DNA from: Gnetum montanum
Lineage: Eukaryota > Plantae > Gnetophyta
Direction: 5' to 3'
Assembly: GCA_015680685.1 (NCBI GenBank)
Contig: MNCI01000852.1
Coordinates: 551,349-615,348 of the forward strand
DNA: 64,000 nucleotides
A program made the position numbers and the translations under genes. Under the pieces are notes generated by a model that had not been told where the DNA came from, did not search any database, and worked only from the letters and a program-made list of their open reading frames with translations. Below are positions 13,431 to 26,900 of the stretch, piece by piece (position 1 is the first letter of the stretch; every line of letters begins with the position of its first letter).

Positions 13431-16103
13431 ATGCCCAAAAAGAGGTGCTTAGGGTGAACCCTCATAGAAAGGTACTAAATGTCCATGTGGTGGCCACAGT
13501 TAGCAATGAGAACATGAGGAACATGCTGAATTGAATGCCCAGTCTTTTAGTATCCATCAAGAGGCCCCTGCTATTGAGTAATTAGCCCAAGGAGAGGTGG
13601 AAGAAGCATTGGCCCTTGAATAGGGATAACGTCTCACATTGCCCCAATTGCCTTGATGCCAGCTTAAAGAAATCCACATTGGCTTCAGTCATTGTGGAAA
13701 TGAACTTTGGTCCATTCATGGAGTTTGCTCTAGAAGTGGTGTGAACGCAACTCAAAGCATCCCCATTATGGCCTATCTTGTCTGATAGTGGTGAATGGTA
13801 CCTAGGAAAAGTTCATTAATTATGGCATAACAAAGATGAGGAAATCATTATTAATATTTGTAGGGTGACTATCTCTTACTCATTCAAGGACATTGCTATA
13901 GCTCTTAACCTGCCCAATGAAGGAGCCAAGGTTTCTCACTTGTCCACTAGATCTAACCACAAAATAAAGAAATTATGGTTAAGACTGGCATATGATAAAG
14001 TGGACAAGTCATATCATGAAATGAATTTGGAAGAGAGAACCTACTTTATGATTGGAATGTACCATCTATTTTCTACCAAATGGCTCAATCGAACTTCAAC
14101 TTATGCAGCTAGGGGAAGTTCCATTCTAATGGAAAAATTTGTAGTCAACCTTCCCCAATATTACTTCATAGAAATCCAATGGTGGCTCAAAGAAATGAAG
14201 TTAGGGAGACCAACACTTCCATTTTCCTATCTAATTAGAAAGTTGTGTAAGCACAATGGAATCTTGGGATATACTAATGATATCCCTAGGAAGGCTTAGC
14301 ACGCCTCCTTCACAGAACTCCTAAAAATCATAGCACCAAGAAAAGATTCTGGTGAGGAGCAAGAAGCTAAAAAGGAGGCAAAACTAAGAACAGAAATGCA
14401 AAAAGATCTTGAGCAATGTCCACACGCATAAGCTTTGCCACTGCTGCTGTAGAATTATAGACAATCGATGAGCCACCTACAGAGAATCGTTGAAATTGGT
14501 AGATGGGGAAGTACAAATGAGGCCAATATCTTCTAGGTTATGTATGATGTCGTATAGTCCATCATATCAACTGATCCATTAAGGGAAGAGATTTCAATTT
14601 AGTCAGAAGAAGGGGGATTCCTATGATCATGCTAGATCTCTGGAAACACTACATCCTTTAAAATGACATTGGAAACTATAGAAGGTGCCATAGTCATGGT
14701 GCTACAACACGAGGATGTAGTGGATGTAGTAGAGGTGATCACTAATCACATCAAGGAGTTGTTCAATGTTCCTATTGTGCCTCCAACTAATCTGGTAGGA
14801 ACTAGAAATGCACAAATGTTGGCCAAGACCTCAATGGCTCCTGCGATGCATGAGGACATGCTTGATTGCCTACTACAGATTGGTCACGTAATGACAACTC
14901 TATTTGACATCCCCAGTCATCTCACTATAGCATAGTCAGACCTCATCAGCACCAAAGGAAAGTTGGTCATGATGGAGCTTAGGGTAGAACATGTAGAAGT
15001 TGAGGTACAAAGATTACAAGAAGAGTTGGTTTCCCTACATGGTAAATGATGGTATCCTACCTTTTTTGACTCATTGGACCAACTAGAGTAATTTAGGATA
15101 GAGGAACTTACCAAGCTAGAAAAGGAGAGAGTAGCTGTGGAGTGAGAGAAGGAGATGGAAATTTGAAATGCCTCTATGGTAGATGTGTAATCTCACATGT
15201 ATAAAAAGGCACTGACTACTATCTAGAAGAAAATAAGTAGCTCATTGTAGAGAATTCCCAGTTGACCACTATAGAAAGACAAAAGAACATCTTAGAAGAA
15301 AGTGTTCACCAGTTGCGAGAATAATTAGTGAGGTTCAACCAATATATAAGTAGATTGGCCTAGGAAAATAGAACCCTTTCCATGGAGGAGGTACATGCTA
15401 TTCACCAAAAGTCAACAATCGAGCTCAGTGCATCACAGAACGAGGCCAAAAAGCATGAAAAATTAAAAGAATGCTTCCATGACCAAGTTGGCATGTATAA
15501 GGAAATTAATGAGAAGGAAATAAAGATGGCTAAGGTCCACATTAGTTCCTTGTCATTATAGAATTCTAAATGGTAGGCCATCTTGGATAGTTATGCCATG
15601 GTCCAACAAGCGGAAGTCAAAAACAAAGACTTGCAGATAGAGAATTTAAAAGAGTACATGGTGTTGGCTAACCTTAGATATGACAACCTTGCCATGTTAA
15701 TAGTAGGTCATCCCCGAAGTAAGTTGGAAAAACAAGTGATGACCACCTATGCATTATATGAGAAAGAGTTTGCAGATTGAAAAGATGCTTTGCAAAAGTT
15801 ACAGGTGGCAAACTCAGAGTTGGAGGTGGTCAAAGCTAGTTATCAAGGATAGAAAGATGTAGCCTCAAACTTGGCTCACAAATTGATGGATTATCATGAA
15901 CTCAAAGATAAAGCTAGGGCTTTGAGGAAGAACGATGGTAGTTTGCAGCATGATATGTAAGCGTGAATCAAATGTTCCTACAGCTACCATGTCCTTGGAA
16001 TGTATCGGTACTAGCACACATCAACATTATGGCCTAGACAATGCATGACCCAAGGATGGAGGAAGAAAAGTTGCAAGCTTTGCTCAATCGATACAAGTTT
16101 TAA
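13431..16103 (+). pseudogene. A1 accessory (env-like / plant transposon protein-type) ORF with probable coiled-coil C-terminus, disrupted
   Basis: Splice acceptor ttgattgtag directly before ATG 13431; ISYSFKDIAIALNLPNEG...VNLPQY...LPFSYLIRKLC (13865-14299); E/K/L-rich fragments 14950-15950; sits in the usual Athila accessory position before the 3' LTR. Confidence 0.65.
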
Positions 16104-16361
16104 TGGCTTGGTGATAAAGGGAAGCAATCAATGGAAGAGCCACTGACTCCAGGCACTACTTGAGCTTCTCAATCTTGTTTTTGTTTTTTTTTGTAATAAT
16201 GTGTTCCATTTTTGTATTGAACCATTGAAACAAGCAAAGAGTCAATTATTTTTTTTATTATTTAAGTTAGTCAATAATCCCATGCCTACCAATATCTTGT
16301 AAAGAACTTGTTCCTCATTTTGTTTAACTCAAGGATGAGTTTTCATTCAGTTGTGAGGGTA

Positions 16362-16598
16362 TGATGAGTCATCCTTTTATGATCTCGACATTGGATATGT
16401 GATGTCGAGACTCCAACGTCATGTACCCAACATCGGGGCTAATAAGTGACGTTGGATACCCAATGTCACCTCATCTGGATCTTGCCTTTAAATACTAAAC
16501 TTGGGCTCCTAGATGAGACAACATGTAGAACATAGGAATTAGGGAGATAGTTTTAATTTTTAGTTTCTTCTCTTTTAAGTCTATTATTTGCAGTGCAT
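16362..16598 (+). repeat. 3' LTR of A1 (5' part only, interrupted)
   Basis: Matches 8277-8468 apart from a short extra segment; match stops at tgcat|tgtagcg. Confidence 0.85.
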
Positions 16599-18217
16599 TG
16601 TAGCGATAAAAAATGTTGGTGTTTGGAACACTGAGAGGTCACTGGGTGTATAGCCTAACCTCAGATTCGTGCGAGGGCCATGCTAGAGTAAACGAAAATG
16701 CGGTGCCTTGAATGGTCTGGTCAATTAGACAAGGACTTAATCGGTGTACAATAACCTTTCGTAAACAATTGTTTTAAAGATGTTATGTATAACTTAAGTG
16801 ATGAACATAAACTGATAGAAAATGATGCAAAATATGGTAATAAAAAAACGAAATGAAACAAGGTTGATTGAGAGAGTGCATCACCTCAAAATCAGGGGAT
16901 TTGATCTTTGTTTGGTTGGAGAAGGTGTAAAACTGATGCGCAGTATGGATAGACATAACTTACAACACAATGGTATGGTCACAGTTCCTTGACTACTTCC
17001 AATGGTCTGTTGATAGGAATTGATGAGCTGATGCTTGCTGAGCTACTAGGGTTTGCTATTCGTTAGCCTTTAGCTTAACAACCTCTTTGCCAAAGCCAAT
17101 CACTAGAAAGTTGAATGCCAAAATGCAAATCACAAGAAAGCCAAATGCCAAAATGCCAATTTTCGAAGCCAACCTTTTGAACATTGTTCGCTGGGATATT
17201 TATAGGGCCAAGAGTGGGAGAAAGATGTGGTTTGAATGCCACGTGTCTTAGGTCCCACATGGACCATACTATGAATGTGCCATACTACTATGTAGCGCTA
17301 CGCTGCAACATTACACTGGCATGCTACGTTGCAGTGTAACATTGAATGTGAAACCTACTGTGTTGTGACCATACCATTCAAGCTGCATGTGTCCAAAATC
17401 CAGGTAACTGCCATGTTTATTACAAAGAATGCCAACAATGAACGCAAAGTGGAGCTTGTGCTCCAGGACTACATCTTCCCTACTCTTGTGAGTAGGGTCA
17501 AGTGTAGGAACAACTTTGGGAATTAACAAAGGGGTGCAAAACAAAGAAAACTATTGATCTTGCCTGTTGAAGAGATGCTAGAGTAGAAATGACCATTGTC
17601 AATAAGTTTTAAAGCTAATCAGAAATGTCTTAATGCTTCCATATGAGTGTTATGATATTTACGCTACCCAGTGTATCGGTGTAGCATAAACACCCGCATG
17701 CTACGTTGTGCTACACTGTGTAGTATAGCGTAGCATAGTGACCAATCTTGAGAGAAATCTCGTCTGAAAATCGAAGATACTTGTCTAAGGCTTGGCTAGG
17801 CAAGCAACTCCTATAATTAACAACCTTGCCTTCCATGTTGAAAGGTCCTAGGACCTATAGAGTTCATCCTTGGGACACTTTTGTGCTTCGTGTCCTTACT
17901 ACATCGTGCTACGCAGTGTAGCGTAGCACAGCGTAGCAGCTAGTGTGACATGCATCCTTGCTTGATTTGCAATGCTTTTTCAAGAAACTTTGCTTGGGGC
18001 CTGAGGGTGAAATGGGATAGGTAGTTTTGAAGGTCAGAGCATGTCCAAGTGCAATTATTTTACTGGAACCACTTAGTAGAGGACCTTCATGCATTTTGAC
18101 CCTACTACGCTGTGCTATGTTGCGTATCGTAGCACAACATAGCACCCAGTTTAGCTTGGATTCTGACTCATTTTGCAATCATTTTGTTATATTGCTTGGC
18201 ATGCCCAATAGCCTAAC
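16599..18217 (-). mobile_element. Truncated B-family (Tat-like) LTR, minus strand
   Basis: tgtagcgataaaaaatg... resembles the reverse complement of the B1 LTR end (...tcagtcactaca); same GCTAC/GTAGC arrays; TATA at ~17198-17207; U3 start missing. Confidence 0.8.
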
Positions 18218-21200
18218 ACTTGGTAACCTAGTAGCATCATAATGAGTTCATGATGTGTATGAAATATGGGCCTAGACACTTATGATAGGATATAGACTAA
18301 GGAATTAGATAGTTACTTAGACTAGTTCCCAATTAATCACTTTATTTCATACTTAGACTTAATCAAATAAAATATAAAATTAATAAAATTCATGTGCCTT
18401 GGTTTGCACTTAACCATACACTTGCACCTACACAAGTGAAGCCAATAAGATAATGATCATGTTCTTAGGTCACTATCTGAGCTATTAGCATTTGAAGAGC
18501 TAAAGTATATGAAATTTGACCAAATTGCTAGTACAATTCTTGTGATTCGTATGGTTGGGAATAGAGACTACTTACTGCTCATCATTGGCATTATTGTTGA
18601 GGTTTTTAGTTAGCTACGTGCACTACCTAGGAAAGATAGTGAAACCATTCACTGACATTCTAAAAAGAACTTAACACTAGTACCATTAAGATAAAGAAAC
18701 ATAACAAATGCACATTGTATTTTCTTAATCACTCATATGGATTCTTCTTGAAGGGAAGAATCTCTACCATTATTCATAGGTGAATCCAATCAAAGATAGG
18801 AAGGCCACAAGACACCTGTGCTTCAATGGTTTAAGGTAGTCTACACTCATCCGGATGCCTACACTTTGGACTTCACCGTCATCCTGCACTAGGATGAGTA
18901 GCTATGATGGAGGGACATGGAAGGTAACATTGTGTTGCCTCTCAACTGATCTATTCTTGCAATGTTGCTAAACAATCTCATCAAGTTGGGCATTGTAGAA
19001 CTCAAAGTAGAATATGAGGTTTAGGATCATGCTTATTGGGATTATCATTCCATGGAAGCACAAAGAAAGAAAGATCGACAAATGGAGGCTAGATATGAGG
19101 CCTCAAAAAGCAAATGGTTCTCTAATCAGTTATTCCTGTAGACACATAAAGAAGGCAAGGACTTCTTTTTGGGTGCCTCCTAATACATAGAATCCTCTAT
19201 CTTTTTGATGAGGATACCCTTAACTAGCATTTTTAGTCCACTGTGAATAACCCTAGTTCTAGGAAGAATGGATTCCAAGATCAGGGGGCTTCAAAAAAGG
19301 GGTGGTCAAGGTAGGAGCAATGACATGCACCAAGAAAAGGAAAAACATGATGATCAGAGCAAGGGTCAAAGAAGAGAAAGTAGTAGGCATCGTTCTCCTT
19401 CCTCTTCACCTTCATCATCCTCATCATCTTCCTCCTCCAACTTTGATTAGAGTTGTAGAGGCAACAAAAATCATGATGGAGATGAATAGTGGGATAGGAA
19501 TGATCGCAGATCCCATTGAGATAGCAGAGATTGTGGACATGAGAAATAGGGAGATGATCATCATAGAGAGTAAAGGAACAATAGGACTCATCATAGGCAT
19601 CATGGTTATGATAGGGATCACTAAGACTACTATGACTATGATGAGCCCCTACTAGCTACTAAGAATATGTTGAACATTGCAAGGGCTATTAGAATACCAA
19701 CTAGGCACATGAAGGATAGCCAAATCAAATGGTTGGATATGAATGATATCCCCAAGTCTTAGGGGAAATATAATTTAGATCCAAAAAATCACCTACAAGC
19801 CTTTCATGATGCCTATGCCTTGCAGAATGTGAAGAATGATTGGCAAAAGCTAAAACTATTCCCAAGGATACTCATCAAAGAAGTGAAAATTTGGTAGTGG
19901 TTCTTGGAATTGGAATCTATTCAACGATGAAGTATGATGCTTGAGCTATTTAATTTCAAGTATCAAATGTACTCTAGAATGTCCAATTTGAGAAGGCAAA
20001 TCCAAGGATGGAAATAGGGCACTCATGGGTCCTTGGATGTGGCTATGGATAGGTACTGCTTCTTGTTGCACCAATGTCCATGACATGGCTACTCTCAATG
20101 GGACTAATTGCATCATATCATAAATGGGCTTAGAATTGAAATGAGGAGAACCCTTGGGGTTTATGCGCAAGGGAGAATTTCTAAGCTAAAGGTCCATCAC
20201 GTTCAAAGATTTATTGAGTAGGTAGCTAAAGAAGAGGGAGAGCTGAAAAAATAGGAAAGTACAAAGAAATAAAATAGGGATCCCACCCTCTGTAAGAGGG
20301 AGGTTTCTTTCTATGATAATGAGGAGGAGGCATCACTTGATGAAGTGGTACAAAGAAAAACCTTGTTGATCCAAAAATCTATCTTTGAAATATCACATAA
20401 GGTTGATAAATTATGGGACTCCTTGGATGAAAAATTCCAAATTGCTTTGAAGATTGCAAAAGAGAGTAGATATCAAGGAGGTAGTAATCATTAGAGAATG
20501 AAGAAGGAGGCTGAACATGAGCATTATAAATCTAAGGTCAAAGTTATAGTAGTTGAGGAGGTTGCGAATTTTGAGTCAAAAGGTAATGGATGTGACATAT
20601 GCTAATATGAATATCCTAAGGGATGTTTCCAGGTTATGTCACACTTAGAGAAATCTAGGGTGTATGCTTTAAATCCTAAACTGGCAAAATGGCAAGCACC
20701 TAGGAGGTTGCCTTATCCACAAGGCAACTATCGATAGCAGTTCCATCATCAAACTTACTATCCAAGTGGAGTGCCACCTCAACCTCATGAGAAATACTAG
20801 TAGTGGAAACATCCATAGTTGTGGGGAATGCTACCTCCAAGGTATCAGTACCCTTATCGCCAACTTAATCCATATGGGTACTACATTCAGCAATCCATCT
20901 CTTGACATGACTCTTCTAGTCACACTTCCTTCCCACATAACTATTACCCTCTGGAATACTATAGATCACCATCACAAAGGGGGAGTTTCCATTTTCCTAA
21001 TATCCTCCTCCACACTCTTCCACCCTTGCACCTCCACCTTCAACTCCTCTACCACTTGCTCCATTCATGCTAGGTGAGATACCTACCTAGCCATAACAAA
21101 GACAAGCTATGAGGGCTATAAACTTACAGTTGGCTTCTCAGTCAATTGGTTCTAACTCTAAACCTTATAAGAGACCATTCTTTATAACTAATAACCCCAT

Positions 21201-21750
21201 GCCCTCACAAAAATCTATGGCCCTACTACTACCTCCTCTAAAATGTTTGTTGAGCTACCTTAAAAAAAAAGCACTCCCTAGTTGCATGCTATCATGTTGA
21301 CCCATGGGATCATCGATTGGATTAAGGCTATCAATCTTTCCAAGAAGAGATCTAATCCTAGGAGTCCTCTTATCTATTTATAGATTATCAAATATGAACC
21401 ATGTATAGCTCTTTTGAACTTAGGTTTTAGAGTTAACTTGATCTCGCAAGAAATGTACAAAGCTTGAAACGTGCCTTCCTTGAAAAAGAGAAACATCAGA
21501 TTGGAGTTGGTAGACCAATCCATCACTATTCCTTTGGGATTGATGGAAGACATCATGATCACCATTTGTGAATGGTCATATTTGCTGATTTCTTGGTAGT
21601 CAATGTGGAGAATAATAAAGGAAACTTTCCTATCATCATGGGAAGAGCATGGTTTAGCATTATAGATGCACAGCTTGGAATTGGAGACCTTTCCTTGGAA
21701 ATTTTCAAGGAGAATGAATTCAAAAAAGTTTTGAAGAAGAAAGTTCCATG
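18218..21750 (+). mobile_element. A2: second Athila-like element (partial LTR, PBS, gag, protease), interrupted by B1
   Basis: LTR end ctcatca 18584 followed by decayed PBS ttggcattattgttgagg; gag HLQAFHDAYAL...LKLFPRILIK ~19790-19890; protease ALLNLG..VNLI, LELVDQSITIPLG, FADFLVV...PIIMGRAW 21400-21700. Confidence 0.8.
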
Positions 21751-23512
21751 TGAAACACCCTAAATTTTCAAGGCATTGTTGCTTCACCGGGTCTTTGGAA
21801 TTCAGGCAGCATCATGGCAATTTTGTAGAAAATGGACGCTCTAAGTTTAGATTGTCTAGTTTGGCAAATTTTCTACTCTCGATGTTGATAGGCCTAATAG
21901 ACTCTCCAACTTGCCCACCCGGGTAGTTCATCTAGCAGACAATCTACTTAGGAGCAATGCGTGGGGTTGTTAGCGGTGCTCAGGTTGCGCAAAATAGTTT
22001 GACAAGTTTTCTAGTCAAAAAGTTTGCTACGCTACGCTACGCTATGTAGTGTAGCAAGCCTCAGAAGATAGTTGCAGGACAAAGTGCTATGCTATGCTAC
22101 GTTACGCACCGTAGCATAGTGTAGCAAGAGCAAGACAGAAAGGCCCAGCTTACCTAGTGATTTCAATTACACTAGGCAAGCACTTTCGGCCTTCAAAACC
22201 AATCACTTCGCTTAACTTCAAGTCCTTCGGCAAAGCTCCTCTTACTAGAAAAGTAGCAGATCAAGAAAAACGTAGGCTATGTTGGCTGCTATGCTATGCT
22301 ATGCTATGTAGCATACCATAGCATAACAATGATGCAAGAAAAATAGAAGGCATCTCAGAATGCAAGATCAACAAGTTTGCATGTTTCACATTGCGAAGAG
22401 CCAAGGTTGCAAAGGTTGCAAACATCTAGAGCCAGCCAAAACACTTCAAAAGCTTCCAACAAGTGCAATTAACTTTGATGCAAATTTCTTTTTCGAACTG
22501 ATGGCTATCCTGTGCTATGCTACATAGCGTAGCACCACGTAGCAAGATGCTACACTACGCCAAGCATGCTACACTATATAGCGTAGCACCACGTAGCAAG
22601 CTGCTACGCTACGCTAAACATGCTATGCCCCATAGCTTCGCATAGCATAGTAGATGGCTACGTTGCTTCAACATGCTTCACCCCTTGTCTACATCACTGA
22701 AGCACATCTCCAGTTTTGATAGCATAATTGCAGCCTAACAAGCTCATCAATCAGCTTTGCATGTCCATGCAGCATGGACATGTCAACATCTTGTAGGTCC
22801 AGGACACGTGTCATCCAAGCCTCGTTTCATGTGTCCCCCTAGCCCTATAAATACCCTGACGAGCAATGCTCAAAGGGTTGGAAAATTGTTGGTTGGCAAG
22901 TTGTTGGTTGACATATTTAGAGAAAGTTGGAAAATTAAGCATTTGGTTGACAAAAATTTGTGCAAAAAGCATTAGCAAACTTGAGTAGTTAGCAAATTCT
23001 ATTAGCGGTTGGTAAAAAAACCCCCTATTTCAGTTAATATCTTGTTAACAAGGTTGGAAAGTTGGCTTTGTAGCATTTTCACATTGTTGGCTTTTGAGTC
23101 CACGTTCAAGCACATTATTGGCTTGCTTTGAATGTCTTGGTTACTTTTGGGATCTCTATGCTTCCCAGTGTTGCACAACTAATTGTATCCACTTTGGCAA
23201 AGTAAAGTCATAAACTTGAAGTGGTGCACTTCCTAACGTTTGCTTTACTTTCTTGTTTATCATTGCATTCTGCATTATTTTTGCTTCCTCGCATTTAAAA
23301 ATTGTTATTTTACGTTATAAGTACCATTTTTCACATTAAACATTTGCAAAAGGTTATTGACACTGATTAAGTTTCTTTCTGATTGACTAGACCATTCAGG
23401 GCACCTCATTTCCATTTAATCTAGCACAGCCCTTGCATGGATACGAGGTTAAGACTGTCAAGATCGACAACCTCTTAGTGTTTTCTAGCCACTGACATTT
23501 TCAGTCACTACA
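21751..23512 (+). repeat. 5' LTR of B1
   Basis: TG...CA termini; TATA ccctataaata ~22843; homologous to 35271-36983 and 16599-18217. Confidence 0.9.
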
Positions 23513-23518
23513 GTGTTT

Positions 23519-23537
23519 TGGCACTAGAAGGAGGGCC
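23519..23537 (+). promoter_or_regulatory. Primer-binding site, tRNA-Asn(GUU)
   Basis: tggcactagaaggagggcc; complementary (one mismatch) to the plant tRNA-Asn 3' end CCCTCCTTCTAGCGCCA. Confidence 0.8.
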
Positions 23538-23920
23538 TTTTAGTGTCGTTTTCTATGTTATACCATAGTCTTGTAAGCATTTTTCACCCCCACATGCAAT
23601 AGTGTAAACTTGACACCCTTTTGTGGTTGTTAACACATTATGTGGTGCACATTGGTCACTTCTACGGTTTCTCTAGAATCCTGCAGGACATAAAGCCTCC
23701 AATCGCCATTTGACCCTTTTGTTTTACAGTAGTTTTGCATGCGTTCTGTACCCTGTTGCACACTAGCATAAATGTGACACCCTTCGTGGTTGTTTACGCA
23801 TTGTGTGGTACAGATCGATCTCTCAAACAATTCCTTTGGAATCTGGAAAAACATAAAGCCTTTGATTACCTTATGATCTTCTCGTTTTCCTCGTTTGCAA
23901 ACCTGTTTAACTTTGTGACA

Positions 23921-26900
23921 ATGACTGCAACAAGCACTGTTGCTAACACCTCTAATGTTGAGGTTCCCTTCACGGTTCAAGGCATCACAGGTGCCGAACA
24001 ACCACTTAGCCCAAGGCTGGGGCCACATCGATCCCTTAGGATCCAAAATTGGGGACCTAAGGGTTTGGCCTAGCAACATGAGTGATACAACTTCCTTTGC
24101 CCAAAGGTGTAGGTAAATTTGGCCTTAGATATGCAAGAGTCTGAAGAGAAGTGTAGCTTTGAGTTCGCCTACTGCAATGGGAAGAAATTTATTCCCACTC
24201 TCGATGCTTTCATCCCATTAACGCAAATGAACCAATGGCTTCTAGATCAACTGATCCAGGTCCTTAGGCCTAGGAAGTTTCAGGACACGGTGTTGCATCA
24301 TGATGAGGCTTTCTAGGATGGACAGGAGGAGCTGGATTCCCAATCTGATGGGGCAGAGGGGGGGGGGGGGGGGGGAGCAAACCAAACCTGCCACCATCCC
24401 TCCTATCCCATCCTTTTGGAAGAACCTGCTATCTAGTGCCTCTCCCTTTAGGATCACACCCACACAGTCGTAGTCTGTAACTCCACTGGCAATGAGTAGC
24501 CATTCCATGCATTCGGCATATCAACATGCCTACATTCCTGTCTCTACCATAGCAACAACCCTTCTGCAAACTATTCACCAATCCCTATTTGCTTCGCAAC
24601 ACATGCCAATTATGGCTACCCTACCCTACGTTCATGCCGTACCTACGTCTCATCTGCCTCTAGCTTCTACTTCGATTTCTGCTTTTACATCTGTCCCACC
24701 AACTGCGGTGGGCCCATGCCCATCTGCATGGTGGAACCCATTCACTTATTCACCTATTCCATAGCCAACGCAAATGTCTAGCTATGCTAGCCACTAGACA
24801 TACCAAGTCCCGCAAATGGTACAATTGAGTGTAGGACCATGGTCCGTTCCGCTGGCCACACAAGTGGCCTACCCCTAGCACAATCTATGGATGCTGCTCC
24901 AATAGCACTACCTACTGGGTGGTGTACGGCACAAGCAGCAGCGTTCATAGGGGCTGCCCCAACGGCACCACTGATGGGTCACGTTGCTACTCCTACGACT
25001 CCACAGATGGGAGTTGCTTCAAAAATTCCCCAATCATCTGCATCATCCCCAGGTCTGGATCAAGCGTTCCAGCATATCTAGATCCTTAGTAAGGAAATAA
25101 AGTGTCTCAAGGCTATCAGGTTTGATACGGTACAAGTCATATACTTTTAGCAAGATGATCCCATTAGCCTAGCAATCCCTGCATTAACTCTACCCCCTGG
25201 GATGTCACTTCCCCACTTTACAAAATACAACGGGGAGGGGGATCCCAATGCACATCTTGTTACGTTCAGGTCTGAATCCCTTCTTTTGCAATAATGGCCA
25301 CACACGATCATTCGAGTCTTTACCATGTCTTTGACTGGGAAAGCTCTGGACTGGCACCATGCCCTGCCACGCTCTTCTATTTCAACCCTAGAGGAGCTGC
25401 TGACCTAGTTTGTGACACATTTCAAGTACAACTTGAGACCAGAAGTCACATTGGATTAGCCAATGAGCATGAAGCAGGATCCATTGGAGCCAGTCCAAAA
25501 GTTCATATAGTGCTGGAGCACTACCCTCAACGAAATTTGCGAGCCTATCGCAGAGGCCCATTTGCTGGCCATTTTCAAGAGTGTAGTGAGCAACTTCATC
25601 AAGTCTAAGCTGTACTATCTCACTCCCCATACTCTTAGTCAGGCTTTTGCGTAGACTAAGAGCATTCAAGATAGGACTGAGGTAAGCAAAGACCCGGCCT
25701 ATGTTGCATACAAGAATACCTTCATGAAGAAAGAGAAGGACAAGGGTAAGGCTGTAATAGCCACAGTGGTCGTTGTGGCCAATGAGGCCAAACCTAATAA
25801 CAACAGTAATAAGAACGATAAGAAACCAGCCACAAAAAGAACTAACCCCACTCCCAAATAGGGCAACATGCCTCAACCTTCCACATCTACACCTAAGGCA
25901 TCTGCACTGCCCAAACCAAAATTTGAGCGTAAAGACCTCTCAAAGTATACGCCGTTGCCTGTCAAACCTTCAAACCTTTTGAAGAAATTACTGGCAGCAA
26001 GGTACATCCAACACAAGTGGATGTCAAAAGAGGGAGCCAAGAAGCATTAGCAGTATTGCGAGCTCCTTAGGAACCCCTCCTTGGCCTTGCCCAATGAGCC
26101 CCTAGTTCCTAAGGGCTTTAGGCTAGACCGATTTTGTGACTACCGCCAATAGTGTGATCACAACATGGATTACTATATGGCATTAAAGGATGACATCCAA
26201 AGGATGATCGATTAGGGAAAACTGGTACTAGATGAAAACAACCCAGTGCATCCTGAGAATCAATCCTTGCACATTTACATGGATCCTCTCAATGCCAACA
26301 ACGTTGGATACATCATCAACACCATCAGCATTGACAGTAATCCTTGACCATCCCAGCACCCGTTTATGGTCTGTGTGCCTCAGCGTAGCACACCAGCACC
26401 ACCAGCGGCTAATCCAAATCCACAATAGCCATTTATCTTGAGAGTTCCTCCCTAGGCATCCGCCTCTACATCACCTACTCCCCGGGAATCTGTTCCTACA
26501 TCACCTATTAGCATAACTGCACTGCTGCATGCATCACCACCGTTAGCACCATTCATTATCAGGGGACCAAGCCATCCAATAGCCCTCAACCTGCATGAGA
26601 TAAATTTACAGCCTTCTCATCCTAAGAAAAGGGAAGTGCATTTCACTAGTGAGACATCGAGGGAAAGTACCACTTCAGGTGCTTCCAAGCCTACACTCTC
26701 ACCCCCTGCATCCATGCCCTCATCACCTAAAGGTAACATTACTAGACCTACATAGTCTTCGCCACCTTACTCAAGAGGGTCTGAACCCAGACCCGAGGCT
26801 ATCCCTCCTCGGGAAATTCATCTCCTAGGATGAATAGAAGAGGAGAAAGGCAGCAAACAAGAAGGTGGCCAAGACCTTTTAAATGCTCTTGCCCAAGTCA

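Larger units (their letters stand above)
8277..16598 (+). mobile_element. A1: Athila-like Ty3/Gypsy element, non-autonomous (gag + accessory ORF, no recognisable pol)
   Basis: LTR TGAT...ATCA 8277-9100; decayed tRNA-Asp-type PBS ttggcgatattttcaagga at 9101; gag motifs; internal PPT-like tttggggagg ~12584; PPT-like gttgtgagggt before a second LTR copy at 16362. Confidence 0.8.

Noticed and set aside
19268-19655. Overlapping Ser/Arg/His-rich ORFs as separate genes
   Set aside because: Low-complexity N-terminal part of A2 gag; A1 has the equivalent region at ~9430-9700.
8277-21750. A1 and A2 as a tandem array sharing one LTR
   Set aside because: 18218-18584 is far more diverged from the A1 LTR than 16362-16598 is, and the intervening LTR lacks a right TSD; a deletion junction fits better.
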